Positions 17,243 to 27,509 of a stretch of DNA of 51,203 bases are shown one piece after another. The notes under the pieces were generated by a model that had not been told where the DNA came from, did not search any database, and was given only the letters and a program-made list of their open reading frames with translations. The stretch comes from Alphaproteobacteria bacterium. GTDB lineage: Bacteria; Pseudomonadota; Alphaproteobacteria; JAAXGF01. The stretch is from positions 1 through 51,203 of the forward strand of contig JAYGED010000178.1 in the NCBI GenBank assembly GCA_046582565.1. Reading direction: 5' to 3'. Numbering within the stretch: the stretch's first letter is position 1; each line of letters opens with the position of its first letter. A program made the translations under genes and the position numbers.

Positions 17243-20035
17243 ATGAGTAGCGATTACCGGTCGACCCTATACCTTCCGCAAACCGACTTTCCCATGAAGG
17301 CAAAGCTGCCCCTGCGCGAGCCGGAAATTTTGGCGCGCTGGAACAAGCTCGACATGTACAAGCGCAGGCGCGAGGCGGCGAAGGGTCGCGAGCCCTTTAT
17401 CCTGCATGACGGCCCGCCCTATGCCAACGGCCATATCCATGCCGGCACGGCGATGAACAAGATCCTCAAGGATGTGGTGGCGCGCAGCCAGCAGATGCTC
17501 GGCCGCGACGCCAATTATGTGCCGGGCTGGGATTGCCACGGCCTGCCCATCGAATGGCAGATCGAGCAGAAATACCGCAAGGCGGGCCGTGACAAGGACG
17601 CCGTGGACATCATCGAGTTCCGCGAGGAATGCCGCACCTTCGCCGGCGAATGGATCGCCGTGCAGTCGGCCGAATTCCAGCGTCTCGGGGTGGTCGGCGA
17701 TTGGCACAATCCCTATCTCACCATGACCCATGCCGCCGAGGCGCAAATCGCCCGCGAAATCGGCAAGTTCGCCATGAACGGCGGGCTCTATAAGGGCTCC
17801 AAGCCGGTCATGTGGTCGGTGGTGGAAAAGACCGCCCTGGCCGAGGCCGAGATCGAATATCACGACCATACTTCGACGACGATTCATGTGCGGTTTCCGG
17901 TTATCACGGCGTCTAACCCGGCTCTCGACGGCGCCGCCGTGGTGATCTGGACGACCACGCCCTGGACTATCGCCGGCAACCGCGGCGTCGCCTATGGCGA
18001 TGACATCGAGTATGTGGTCTTCGAGGTGAATGACACGGAGGCGGGTAGCCTGGCGCGGAAAGGCGAGCGTCTGGTGTTTGCCAATCTCCTCATGGCAGAG
18101 GTCTTGATGGCGGCGGGCATCAAGGGTGGAGATGAAATCACCCGCCTCAAAGGCAGCGATCTTGCCGGCACGGTCTGCGCCCATCCCTGGCGCGGCCAGG
18201 GCTATGAGTTCGACGTGCCGCTTCTGGCCGCCGACCATGTCACCACCGAGGCCGGCACCGGCCTGGTGCACATCGCGCCGGGCCACGGCGCCGAGGATTA
18301 CGTCGCCGGCATCGTCGCCGGCCTGGAGGTGCCCGAGACCGTCGATGGCGACGGTACCTATTTCCCCCATGTGCCGCTGTTCGCCGGTCTGCATGTGTTC
18401 AAGGCCAACGAGCCGGTCGCCGACAGCCTGGAGCAAGCCGGCGCCCTGCTCGCCAAGGGCAAGCTGGTGCATAGCTATCCCCATTCCTGGCGCTCCAAGG
18501 CGCCGCTGATTTTCCGCAACACGCCGCAATGGTTCATTTCCATGGCGACCAACGATCTGCGCGACAAGGCCTTGGCCGCTATCGAACAGGTGCGCTGGGT
18601 GCCCGAGAGCGGCGCCAACCGTATGCGCTCCATGGTCGAGCAGCGGCCCGATTGGGTGATCTCGCGCCAGCGCGCCTGGGGTGTGCCGATCGCCGTTTTC
18701 ACCCATCGGGTCAGCGGCGAATTGCTGCGCGATCAGGCGGTGCTCGACCGCATCGCCGAAGCCTTCGAGGCCGGCGGCGCCGATGTCTGGTACACCACCG
18801 ACGCGCAAGAATTTCTTGGGCATGAGTACGATGCCGCCGATTACGACAAGGTCGAGGATATCGTCGATGTCTGGTTCGAATCCGGCTCGACCCACGCCTT
18901 CGTGCTCGAGGCCCGCGATGACCTCGTATCCCCCGCCGCGATCTACCTGGAAGGCACGGATCAGCATCGCGGCTGGTTTCAATCCTCCCTGCTCGAATCC
19001 TGCGGCACCCGCGGCCGCGCGCCCTATGAGACCGTACTGACCCACGGATTCGTCCTCGACGGCAACGGCCGCAAGATGTCGAAATCTCTCGGCAATACGG
19101 TGGAGCCGCAGACCATCATCGACCAGTATGGCGCCGATATCCTGCGTATCTGGGTGGTTTCCTCCGATTACACTGAGGATGTGCGCATCTCCGACGAGAT
19201 CATGCGCTATCAGGCGGATTCCTATCGCCGCCTGCGCAACACCCTGCGCTATCTGCTCGGCAACCTCACCGACTTCAATGAGGACGAACGCCTGCCCGCC
19301 GAGGACATGCCCGAGCTGGAACGCTGGGTGCTGCACCGGCTTACCGAGATTGACGCCGAGGTGCGCCGCGCCTGCCTTGAATATGATTTTCACGCCCTGT
19401 TCGCAGCGTTGCATAATTTCTGCGCCATGGACCTGTCGGCCTTCTATTTCGACATTCGCAAGGATGCGCTTTATTGCGACCCGCTCGACTCCACGCGCCG
19501 CCGCGCCGCGCGGACCGTGCTCGACACCCTGTTCAATTGTCTCACCGCCTGGCTCGCGCCGATCCTCGTCTTCACCGCCGAGGAGGCCTGGCTCAATCGG
19601 TTCCCCGACGATAACGACAGCGTGCATCTGCGCCTGTTCCCCGACATTCCCGAGGATTGGCGCAACGACGAACTGGCCGCCAAGTGGGCCAACGTCCGCC
19701 GGCTTCGCCGGGTGGTCACCGGGGCGCTTGAAATCGAGCGCCAGGAGAAACGCATCGGCTCAAGCCTTCAGGCCGACCCGGTTGTTCATGCGGATGACGG
19801 CTATATTCAGGCCCTGGAAGGACTCGATCTTGCCGAGCTGATGATTACCTCGGCGGCGACCCTGACCAAAGATGAGCCCAAGGGCGACGCCTTTACGCTC
19901 GATGATGTGGCTGGTGTGTCGGTGACGCCCGGCCTCGCCCAGGGCAGCAAATGCGATCGTTGTTGGAAGCTGCTGCCCGATGTCGGGGAGGAGGCCCTCT
20001 GCGGCCGCTGTACCGATGCTGTTGCCGCTGGCTGA
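17243..20035 (+). CDS. ileS: Isoleucyl-tRNA synthetase
   Basis: HDGPPYANG, GWDCHGLP, WTTTPWT, KMSKS, C-terminal zinc finger. Confidence 0.98.
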   Translation: MSSDYRSTLYLPQTDFPMKAKLPLREPEILARWNKLDMYKRRREAAKGREPFILHDGPPYANGHIHAGTAMNKILKDVVARSQQMLGRDANYVPGWDCHGLPIEWQIEQKYRKAGRDKDAVDIIEFREECRTFAGEWIAVQSAEFQRLGVVGDWHNPYLTMTHAAEAQIAREIGKFAMNGGLYKGSKPVMWSVVEKTALAEAEIEYHDHTSTTIHVRFPVITASNPALDGAAVVIWTTTPWTIAGNRGVAYGDDIEYVVFEVNDTEAGSLARKGERLVFANLLMAEVLMAAGIKGGDEITRLKGSDLAGTVCAHPWRGQGYEFDVPLLAADHVTTEAGTGLVHIAPGHGAEDYVAGIVAGLEVPETVDGDGTYFPHVPLFAGLHVFKANEPVADSLEQAGALLAKGKLVHSYPHSWRSKAPLIFRNTPQWFISMATNDLRDKALAAIEQVRWVPESGANRMRSMVEQRPDWVISRQRAWGVPIAVFTHRVSGELLRDQAVLDRIAEAFEAGGADVWYTTDAQEFLGHEYDAADYDKVEDIVDVWFESGSTHAFVLEARDDLVSPAAIYLEGTDQHRGWFQSSLLESCGTRGRAPYETVLTHGFVLDGNGRKMSKSLGNTVEPQTIIDQYGADILRIWVVSSDYTEDVRISDEIMRYQADSYRRLRNTLRYLLGNLTDFNEDERLPAEDMPELERWVLHRLTEIDAEVRRACLEYDFHALFAALHNFCAMDLSAFYFDIRKDALYCDPLDSTRRRAARTVLDTLFNCLTAWLAPILVFTAEEAWLNRFPDDNDSVHLRLFPDIPEDWRNDELAAKWANVRRLRRVVTGALEIERQEKRIGSSLQADPVVHADDGYIQALEGLDLAELMITSAATLTKDEPKGDAFTLDDVAGVSVTPGLAQGSKCDRCWKLLPDVGEEALCGRCTDAVAAG

Positions 20036-20044
20036 GCTGAGCCC

Positions 20045-20512
20045 GTGCCGCGCCTAGGTCTCGCGGTGGCGGCGCTGGTCATTGTCGCCGACTGGATTGT
20101 CAAATGGTGGGCCATCGGCGCCCTCGGCGGCGACCTCTATGGGATAGAGGTTTTGCCCTTCTTCAATTTGGTTCTGGTGTGGAACCGGGGCATCAGTTTC
20201 GGCATGTTCGGCGGCGGCGCCGTGGCGCCGTGGTTGCTCGCCGTTGTCGCCCTCGGCGTCACACTGGCGTTGTTTATTTGGCTGCGTAAGGTGGTCAGCC
20301 GTCTGGTGGCGGTTGCCATCGGGCTGGTGATCGGCGGCGCGCTAGGCAATGTGGTCGATCGCTTCAAGTACGGCGCCGTGGCCGACTTTATCGACATCCA
20401 TTGGGGCGATTACCATTGGCCGGCCTTCAATCTGGCTGATGCGGCGATCTCCGTAGGCGTGGTAATTTTGCTGATCGACGCCTTGCTCATTGGTTCTGAA
20501 AGGCATAAATAA
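20045..20512 (+). CDS. lspA: Lipoprotein signal peptidase II
   Basis: N.GISFG, GGALGN..DR, V.DF, FNLAD. Confidence 0.96.
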   Translation: MPRLGLAVAALVIVADWIVKWWAIGALGGDLYGIEVLPFFNLVLVWNRGISFGMFGGGAVAPWLLAVVALGVTLALFIWLRKVVSRLVAVAIGLVIGGALGNVVDRFKYGAVADFIDIHWGDYHWPAFNLADAAISVGVVILLIDALLIGSERHK

Positions 20513-20517
20513 GGTCC

Positions 20518-21090
20518 ATGCGTCCAACCTTCAGACAAGGCCTATCCCGCCTGACACGCGCCGCCTGCGTAGCGTCGCTCGTGCTTGCGGTCGGCGCCTG
20601 TGAAAACGTCAAGGATCAGCTTGGTCTGAACAAAAATTCGCCCGACGAATTTACCGTACTGACCAACGCGCCCCTCAGCCTGCCGCCGGACTACAAGCTC
20701 AGGCCGCCCGAGCCGGGCGCCGAGCGGCCGCAGGAAATATCCATACAGGATCAGGTCAAGGCGGCGCTGTTCAACGCATCGCCCGACCATGCCGGCGGCC
20801 CGGCGTCGGCGGGCGAAAACGCGCTGCTGGCGCGCGCCGGCTCCAGCGAGGAAGATGCCGGCATCCGCGCGATCATCAATCAAGACAATGCCATATACGC
20901 CGAGGACAGCGACAGCTTCGTCGATTCGATGATCTTCTGGCGCGATGATCAACAGCCCGGCACGATCATCGATCCCGCCAAGGAAGATCAGCGCTTGCAG
21001 GAGGCCGAGGCGACAGGCGAAGACCCGAGCGCGGGAGAAACGGCGATCATACAGCGACGCGATCAGGGTATTCTCGAAGGACTTTTCTAA
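20518..21090 (+). CDS. DUF3035 lipoprotein
   Basis: Lipobox (VGAC), PDEF.V...PL..PP...LRPP.PG; usual position after lspA. Confidence 0.85.
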   Translation: MRPTFRQGLSRLTRAACVASLVLAVGACENVKDQLGLNKNSPDEFTVLTNAPLSLPPDYKLRPPEPGAERPQEISIQDQVKAALFNASPDHAGGPASAGENALLARAGSSEEDAGIRAIINQDNAIYAEDSDSFVDSMIFWRDDQQPGTIIDPAKEDQRLQEAEATGEDPSAGETAIIQRRDQGILEGLF

Positions 21091-21208
21091 GAGTTTTAGC
21101 TCAGTTTAAGGACCGCTACGCGCTGGCAGGCGCGTGACAATCAAGGGGGCAATGGAGGAGTTATCATACGGCGGGCCGTTGGGATCCGCTGTCTAGGAGA
21201 CTATTATT

Positions 21209-22546
21209 GTGCTGATACGTTTATTTGCCCTGGCCGCCCTTTTTGCAGTGATCACCGCATCCGCCCCCGCCTCGGCGGGTGTGTTCAATCCCGTGACCTT
21301 CATGCTGGACAACGGCATGCAGGTGGTGGTGGTGACCAACAAACGCGCACCCGTCGTCGTTCATATGGTGTGGTACAAGGTCGGCTCGGCCGACGATCCG
21401 GCGGGCCGCTCGGGCATCGCCCATTTTCTCGAACATCTCATGTTCAAGGGCACCCCCACCGTGCCCGACGGCGAGTTTTCAAAAATCGTCGCGCGCAACG
21501 GCGGCAACCAGAACGCTTTCACCAACCGCGATTACACCGGCTATTTCCAGAAGATCGCCAAGGACCGCCTCGAGCTGGTCATGGGTCTTGAGGCCGACCG
21601 CATGGTGAACCTGGTGCTCGACGACGCCGTGGTGATGTCCGAGCGAAAAGTTATCCTCGAGGAGCGCCGCTCGCGCACCGACAACAATCCGAGCGCCCTA
21701 TGGAGCGAGCAATTGTCCGCGGCGCGCTATCTCGCCCATCCCTACCGTATCCCGGTGATCGGCTGGGCGCATGAGATCGCCGGCCTCAAGACCGAGGATA
21801 TCCTCGCCTTTTATCGCCGATATTACGCCCCCGACAACGCCGTGCTGGTGGTTGCCGGCGACATCACCGCCGAAGAACTCAGGCCCATGGCATCGCGCAC
21901 CTACGGCGCCGTGCCGGCGGCAGGGATTGCCGCTCGGATGCGGCCGCAAGAACCGCCGCACCGGGCCGCGCGCCGGGTCGAGCTGCGCGACGAACGGGTG
22001 CGCCAGGCCGAGTGGAGCCGCACCCATTTGGCGCCGAGCTATAATGCGGGGGACAGTGAACATGCCTATGCGCTGCAGGTGCTGGCCGATCTGCTCGGCG
22101 GCGGCAGCACCAGCCGCCTCTATCGCTCTCTGGTAATTGATCAAAAAGTCGCCGTTTCGGCGGGCGCCTGGTATGGCGCCACCAACCTCTACCTTAGCCA
22201 GTTCGGTCTCTACGGCACACCGGCGCCGGGCGTCGATCTCGGCCAACTGGAAGCGGCGGTCGAAGCCGAAGTCGCCGCCCTGCTCACCGAGGGGGTGTCC
22301 GATGACGAGGTTGCGCGCGTCACCGCCCGCATGGTGCGTGGCGCGATCTATGCCCGCGAAAGCCTTGGCACGGCGGCGCGTATCTTCGGCGCCGCGCTGA
22401 CTTCGGGCATCACTGTCGCGGATGTCGAGGCCTGGCCCGATCGTATCGCTGCTGTGACTGCCGCCGGGGTCATGGCTGCCGCGCGTGCCGTTCTGAAACC
22501 GGAGACGTCGGTCACCGGCCTGTTGCTGCCGGCCGAGGGGAATTGA
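21209..22546 (+). CDS. M16B zinc peptidase, catalytic subunit
   Basis: Signal peptide; HFLEH inverted zincin motif; NAFT. Confidence 0.93.
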   Translation: MLIRLFALAALFAVITASAPASAGVFNPVTFMLDNGMQVVVVTNKRAPVVVHMVWYKVGSADDPAGRSGIAHFLEHLMFKGTPTVPDGEFSKIVARNGGNQNAFTNRDYTGYFQKIAKDRLELVMGLEADRMVNLVLDDAVVMSERKVILEERRSRTDNNPSALWSEQLSAARYLAHPYRIPVIGWAHEIAGLKTEDILAFYRRYYAPDNAVLVVAGDITAEELRPMASRTYGAVPAAGIAARMRPQEPPHRAARRVELRDERVRQAEWSRTHLAPSYNAGDSEHAYALQVLADLLGGGSTSRLYRSLVIDQKVAVSAGAWYGATNLYLSQFGLYGTPAPGVDLGQLEAAVEAEVAALLTEGVSDDEVARVTARMVRGAIYARESLGTAARIFGAALTSGITVADVEAWPDRIAAVTAAGVMAAARAVLKPETSVTGLLLPAEGN

Positions 22547-22547
22547 G

Positions 22548-23900
22548 ATGAACATCTTGAACTCTGTGCGTCTCATGGTCTCCAGCGCCCTGGCCGCCCT
22601 CGCGCTGATGATTGCGGCCGCTGTCGTCTCTGGGCCGGTTTTTGCGGTGGAGGTCGTCAGGGTGATCAGCCCGGGCGGCATTGAGGCCTGGCTGGTCGAG
22701 GAGCACAGCATCCCGATCCTGTCGCTCAAAGCGGTATTCAGGGACGGCGCGGTGCTCGATCCGCCCGGCCGTGAGGGCCGTGCCTACATGGCCTCGGGTC
22801 TGCTCGACGAAGGCGGCGGCGCCTATGATTCGCAAGCTTTTCAGGGCCGCCTGGAAGACCTCGCCATTCATCTCTCCTTCGACGCCGGCTTCGATAGCTT
22901 TTCAGTCAGCCTTAAGACCCTGAGCGAGTATAGGGACGAGGCTTTCGAGATGCTGCGGCTCGGGCTGATCGAGCCGCGCTTCGATACGGAGCCGGTCGAG
23001 CGCATCCGCGCGCAAATTCGGGTCCAGCTCGTCCGCGGCGCCGAAAACCCCGACCGTATTGCCTCGCGCACCTGGTACGAAAATGCCTTTCCCGGCCACC
23101 CCTACGGCCGCCCGGTGATGGGCACGGAGGAGACCCTGGCCGCTCTGACCGTGGATGATCTACGCCGCTTCGTGGCCGAGCAGTTGGCCCTCGACCGCCT
23201 GGTCATCGGCGTGGTCGGCGACATCACGCCGGCGCGGCTCAGCACCCTGTTGGACAGTACATTCGGGAGTTTGCCGGCCACCGGCATCGCCCGCGACACG
23301 CCCTACACGGCCCCCCAGGCCAAGGGCCGCACGGTGATCATCGAGCGCGAAATTCCCCAGTCCATCGTGCTGTTCGGCCACGCCGGGCTGAAGCGCGACG
23401 ATCCGGATTTCTATGCCGCTTCGGTGATGAATTATATCCTCGGCGGCAGCGGCTTCACGGCGCGGCTGACCGACGAGATCCGCGTCAAGCGGGGCCTTGC
23501 CTACGGGGTCTATAGCTACCTGTCGCCGATGAATTACGCCGCCCTGTTCATGGGCCGGGTGGCGACCGAGAACGGCTCGGTGGCCGAATCCCTCGACATT
23601 ATCCGCACCGAATTCGCCCGCATGCGTGATTTTGGGGTGAGCGAGCAGGAACTCACCGACGCCAAGACCTACCTCACCGGCTCCTACCCCCTGCGCCTGG
23701 ATTCCAACGCCAAGATCGCCAGGCTGCTGGTCGGCATCCAGCTCGAAGACCTGGGCATCGACTATATCGACCGGCGCAATGAGTATATCGAGGCGGTCAG
23801 CCTGGACGACATCAGCCGTGTCGCCCGCCGTCTGCTGGCGCCGGAGGACCTGGAAGTCGTCGTCGTCGGCAAGCCGGAGAACCTGGAAGCGACCAACTAG
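22548..23900 (+). CDS. M16B peptidase, non-catalytic partner subunit
   Basis: Lacks HxxEH; has the IR.KRGLAY motif; paired with the upstream subunit. Confidence 0.9.
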   Translation: MNILNSVRLMVSSALAALALMIAAAVVSGPVFAVEVVRVISPGGIEAWLVEEHSIPILSLKAVFRDGAVLDPPGREGRAYMASGLLDEGGGAYDSQAFQGRLEDLAIHLSFDAGFDSFSVSLKTLSEYRDEAFEMLRLGLIEPRFDTEPVERIRAQIRVQLVRGAENPDRIASRTWYENAFPGHPYGRPVMGTEETLAALTVDDLRRFVAEQLALDRLVIGVVGDITPARLSTLLDSTFGSLPATGIARDTPYTAPQAKGRTVIIEREIPQSIVLFGHAGLKRDDPDFYAASVMNYILGGSGFTARLTDEIRVKRGLAYGVYSYLSPMNYAALFMGRVATENGSVAESLDIIRTEFARMRDFGVSEQELTDAKTYLTGSYPLRLDSNAKIARLLVGIQLEDLGIDYIDRRNEYIEAVSLDDISRVARRLLAPEDLEVVVVGKPENLEATN

Positions 23901-23984
23901 AACTTACAGGCATCCACGGGCCTGACCCATTGGGGCAGCACCCGTTTCAACGTGCTTGATCGTAATCGGTAACGTCGCTGTTCT

Positions 23985-24146
23985 TTACAGCGCGGCGCCG
24001 ACGGTGGTGAACATGCCTTCGAGGCTGGTGCCGAGCAGGCCGACAGCGGCGATAATGGCAACCGCGATACCGGCGGCGATGAGGCCATACTCGATGGCGG
24101 TGGCGCCGGACTCGTCATTGATGAAGTTACGAATGAACGTTGTCAT
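23985..24146 (-). CDS. flp: Flp/Fap type IVb pilin (53 aa; not in ORF track)
   Basis: MTTFIRNFINDESG/ATAIEYGLIAAGIAVAIIAAVGLLGTSLEGMFTTVGAAL*, with Flp G/ATAIEY motif and AGGAGAG RBS. Confidence 0.93.
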   Translation of the reverse strand: MTTFIRNFINDESGATAIEYGLIAAGIAVAIIAAVGLLGTSLEGMFTTVGAAL

Positions 24147-24337
24147 GTTTGCTCTCCTATAAAAGGTTTACTGCAATAATCCGCAGCTTCGTTATCTCGT
24201 CTGATGCGTTGTTACATCATGGCCCAGAGTTTACCGGCCCTGACCCGGCTGTGATATGACGGCCATCACAGCGGGTAATTACGTCGTCACACTCGATCCA
24301 GGATGGCGGTGAGGCGGGCGATTTGCTAGGTTCGTCC

Positions 24338-25620
<1,283 letters not shown>

Positions 25621-25624
<4 letters not shown>

Positions 25625-27444
25625 TCATCCGCATCCTGCCGCCCGCCACCATCAACCGCATAGCCGCCGGTGAGGTGGTCGAGCGTCCGGCGTCGGTGGT
25701 CAAGGAGCTGGTGGAGAACGCCATCGATGCGGGGGCGATGCGCATCGACGTCATCATGGACGACGGCGGCCGCGGGCTGATCGCGGTGACCGACGACGGC
25801 CACGGCATGAACCCCGAAGCCCTCGATCTGGCGGTCACCCGCCACGCCACCTCGAAGCTCGCCGACGACGACGATCTTCTCAATATCACCGCCCTGGGCT
25901 TTCGCGGCGAGGCGCTGCCTTCGATTGCCTCGGTCTGCCGTATGAGCCTGATCAGCCGCGTGGCCGGCGCCGAGCAGGCCTGGGCGCTGACCATCGAGGG
26001 CGGCGAGAGGCAAAATCTGGCCCCGGCCGCCCTGGCCGCCGGCACCCGCATCGAGGTCCGCGACCTGTTCTACGCCACGCCGGCGCGGCTCAAATTCCTC
26101 AAGACCCCGCGCACCGAAATCGATTACGCCGCCGACGCGGTCAAGCGCCTGGCCATGGCCAATCCGGCCATCGGCTTCAGCCTGACCACGGACGGCCGAG
26201 ATCTACTGCGTCTCGACGGGGTCGCGCCCGGCCTGCTGGAGTCTCCGGCCGAGGCCCGCCTGGCTCGTCTCGGGGCTGTCATGAAGCGCGGTTTCGCCGA
26301 CAACGCCCTGATCATCGATGCGGAGCGCGACGGCGTGCGGCTGACCGGCCACGCCGGCCTGCCGACCCTCAATCGCGGCAACGCGGGCGCGCAATATCTC
26401 TTCGTCAACGGCCGCCCGGTGCGAGACAAGCTGATCCATGGCGCGGTGCGCGCCGCCTATATGGATTTCCTGGCGCGCGGCCGCCACCCCATGGTGGCGT
26501 TGTTTATCGAGCTGGAAGCCCACGGCGTCGATGTCAATGTGCATCCCACTAAGGCCGAGGTGAGGTTCCGCGATGCCGGTCTGGTGCGCGGTCTGATCGT
26601 CTCCGCCCTCAAACACGCTCTGGCCGACGCCGGCCACCGCGCCTCGACCACCGTGAGCGAGGCGGCGCTGGGCGCCATGCGTCCCGAGACCAACCGGGCG
26701 CCCCTGCTCGGGAACTACGGCGGACACGGCTCCCACAGCTTTAATCCCAGGCTAAATCCCGGATTGTCCGAGGCCGTTATGGCCTACGCAGCGCCCCTCG
26801 ATGCCCCGTCCGGGCGGGTCGAGGCGGTGCCGGACGGGGAGGAATCCGGGGCGGCCTCCGAGGCGTATCCCCTGGGGGCGGCGCGCGGCCAGCTTCACGC
26901 CACCTATATCATCGCCCAGACCACCGACGGCATCGTCATCGTCGACCAGCACGCCGCCCATGAGCGCCTGGTCTATGAGCGCATGAAGCGGGATTTGGCG
27001 AGCCAGGGTGTCGCCCGCCAGGGCATGCTGATCCCCGAGGTGGTCGAGCTTGACGAGCCGGCGGTAGCCAGGCTGGTGGGGCGCGCAGACCAGCTCGCCG
27101 AGCTTGGCCTGGTGATCGAGGCGTTTGGGCCGGGCGCCGTGGTGGTGCGCGAAGTGCCGGCCCTGCTCGGCGATTGCGACATCCAGGGGCTGGTGCGCGA
27201 CCTGGCCGACGACCTGGCCGAATTCGAAGACACCCTGGCGCTCAAGGAGCGGCTCGAAGAGGTCTGCTCGACCATGGCCTGCCACGGCAGCGTGCGCGCC
27301 GGGCGTATTCTGAACGTCTCCGAAATGAATGCCCTGCTGCGCGAGATGGAAGCCACCCCCCACTCAGGCCAATGCAACCACGGCCGCCCGACTTACGTCG
27401 ACCTCAAACTCGCCGACATCGAAAAACTGTTCGGGCGGCGGTGA
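25621..27444 (+). CDS. mutL: DNA mismatch repair protein MutL
   Basis: [28 protein letters not shown]. Confidence 0.98.
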
Positions 27445-27450
27445 GGAAGG

Positions 27451-27505
27451 GCTATCAGCTATCAGCTTAAAATTATTTCTTGGCTGAAAGCTGACGGCTG
27501 ATAGC
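27451..27505. terminator. Heptamer-based inverted repeat between convergent mutL and clpB; probable bidirectional terminator
   Basis: GCTATCA-GCTATCA-GC ... GCTGAAA-GCTGACG-GCTGATA-GC. Confidence 0.55.
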
Positions 27506-27509
27506 TTCT

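Noticed and set aside
17428-17460. IleRS HIGH motif reading HAGT
   Set aside because: HxGT/HxGH variation is common in class I synthetases; no basis for claiming altered function or mupirocin resistance.
21095-21200. TAGCTCAGTT resembling a tRNA D-arm
   Set aside because: No T-arm (GTTCRA) or acceptor pairing follows.
23897-24162. ORF-track calls 23897-24118(-) and 23956-24162(+)
   Set aside because: Alternative frames of the real Flp pilin gene.
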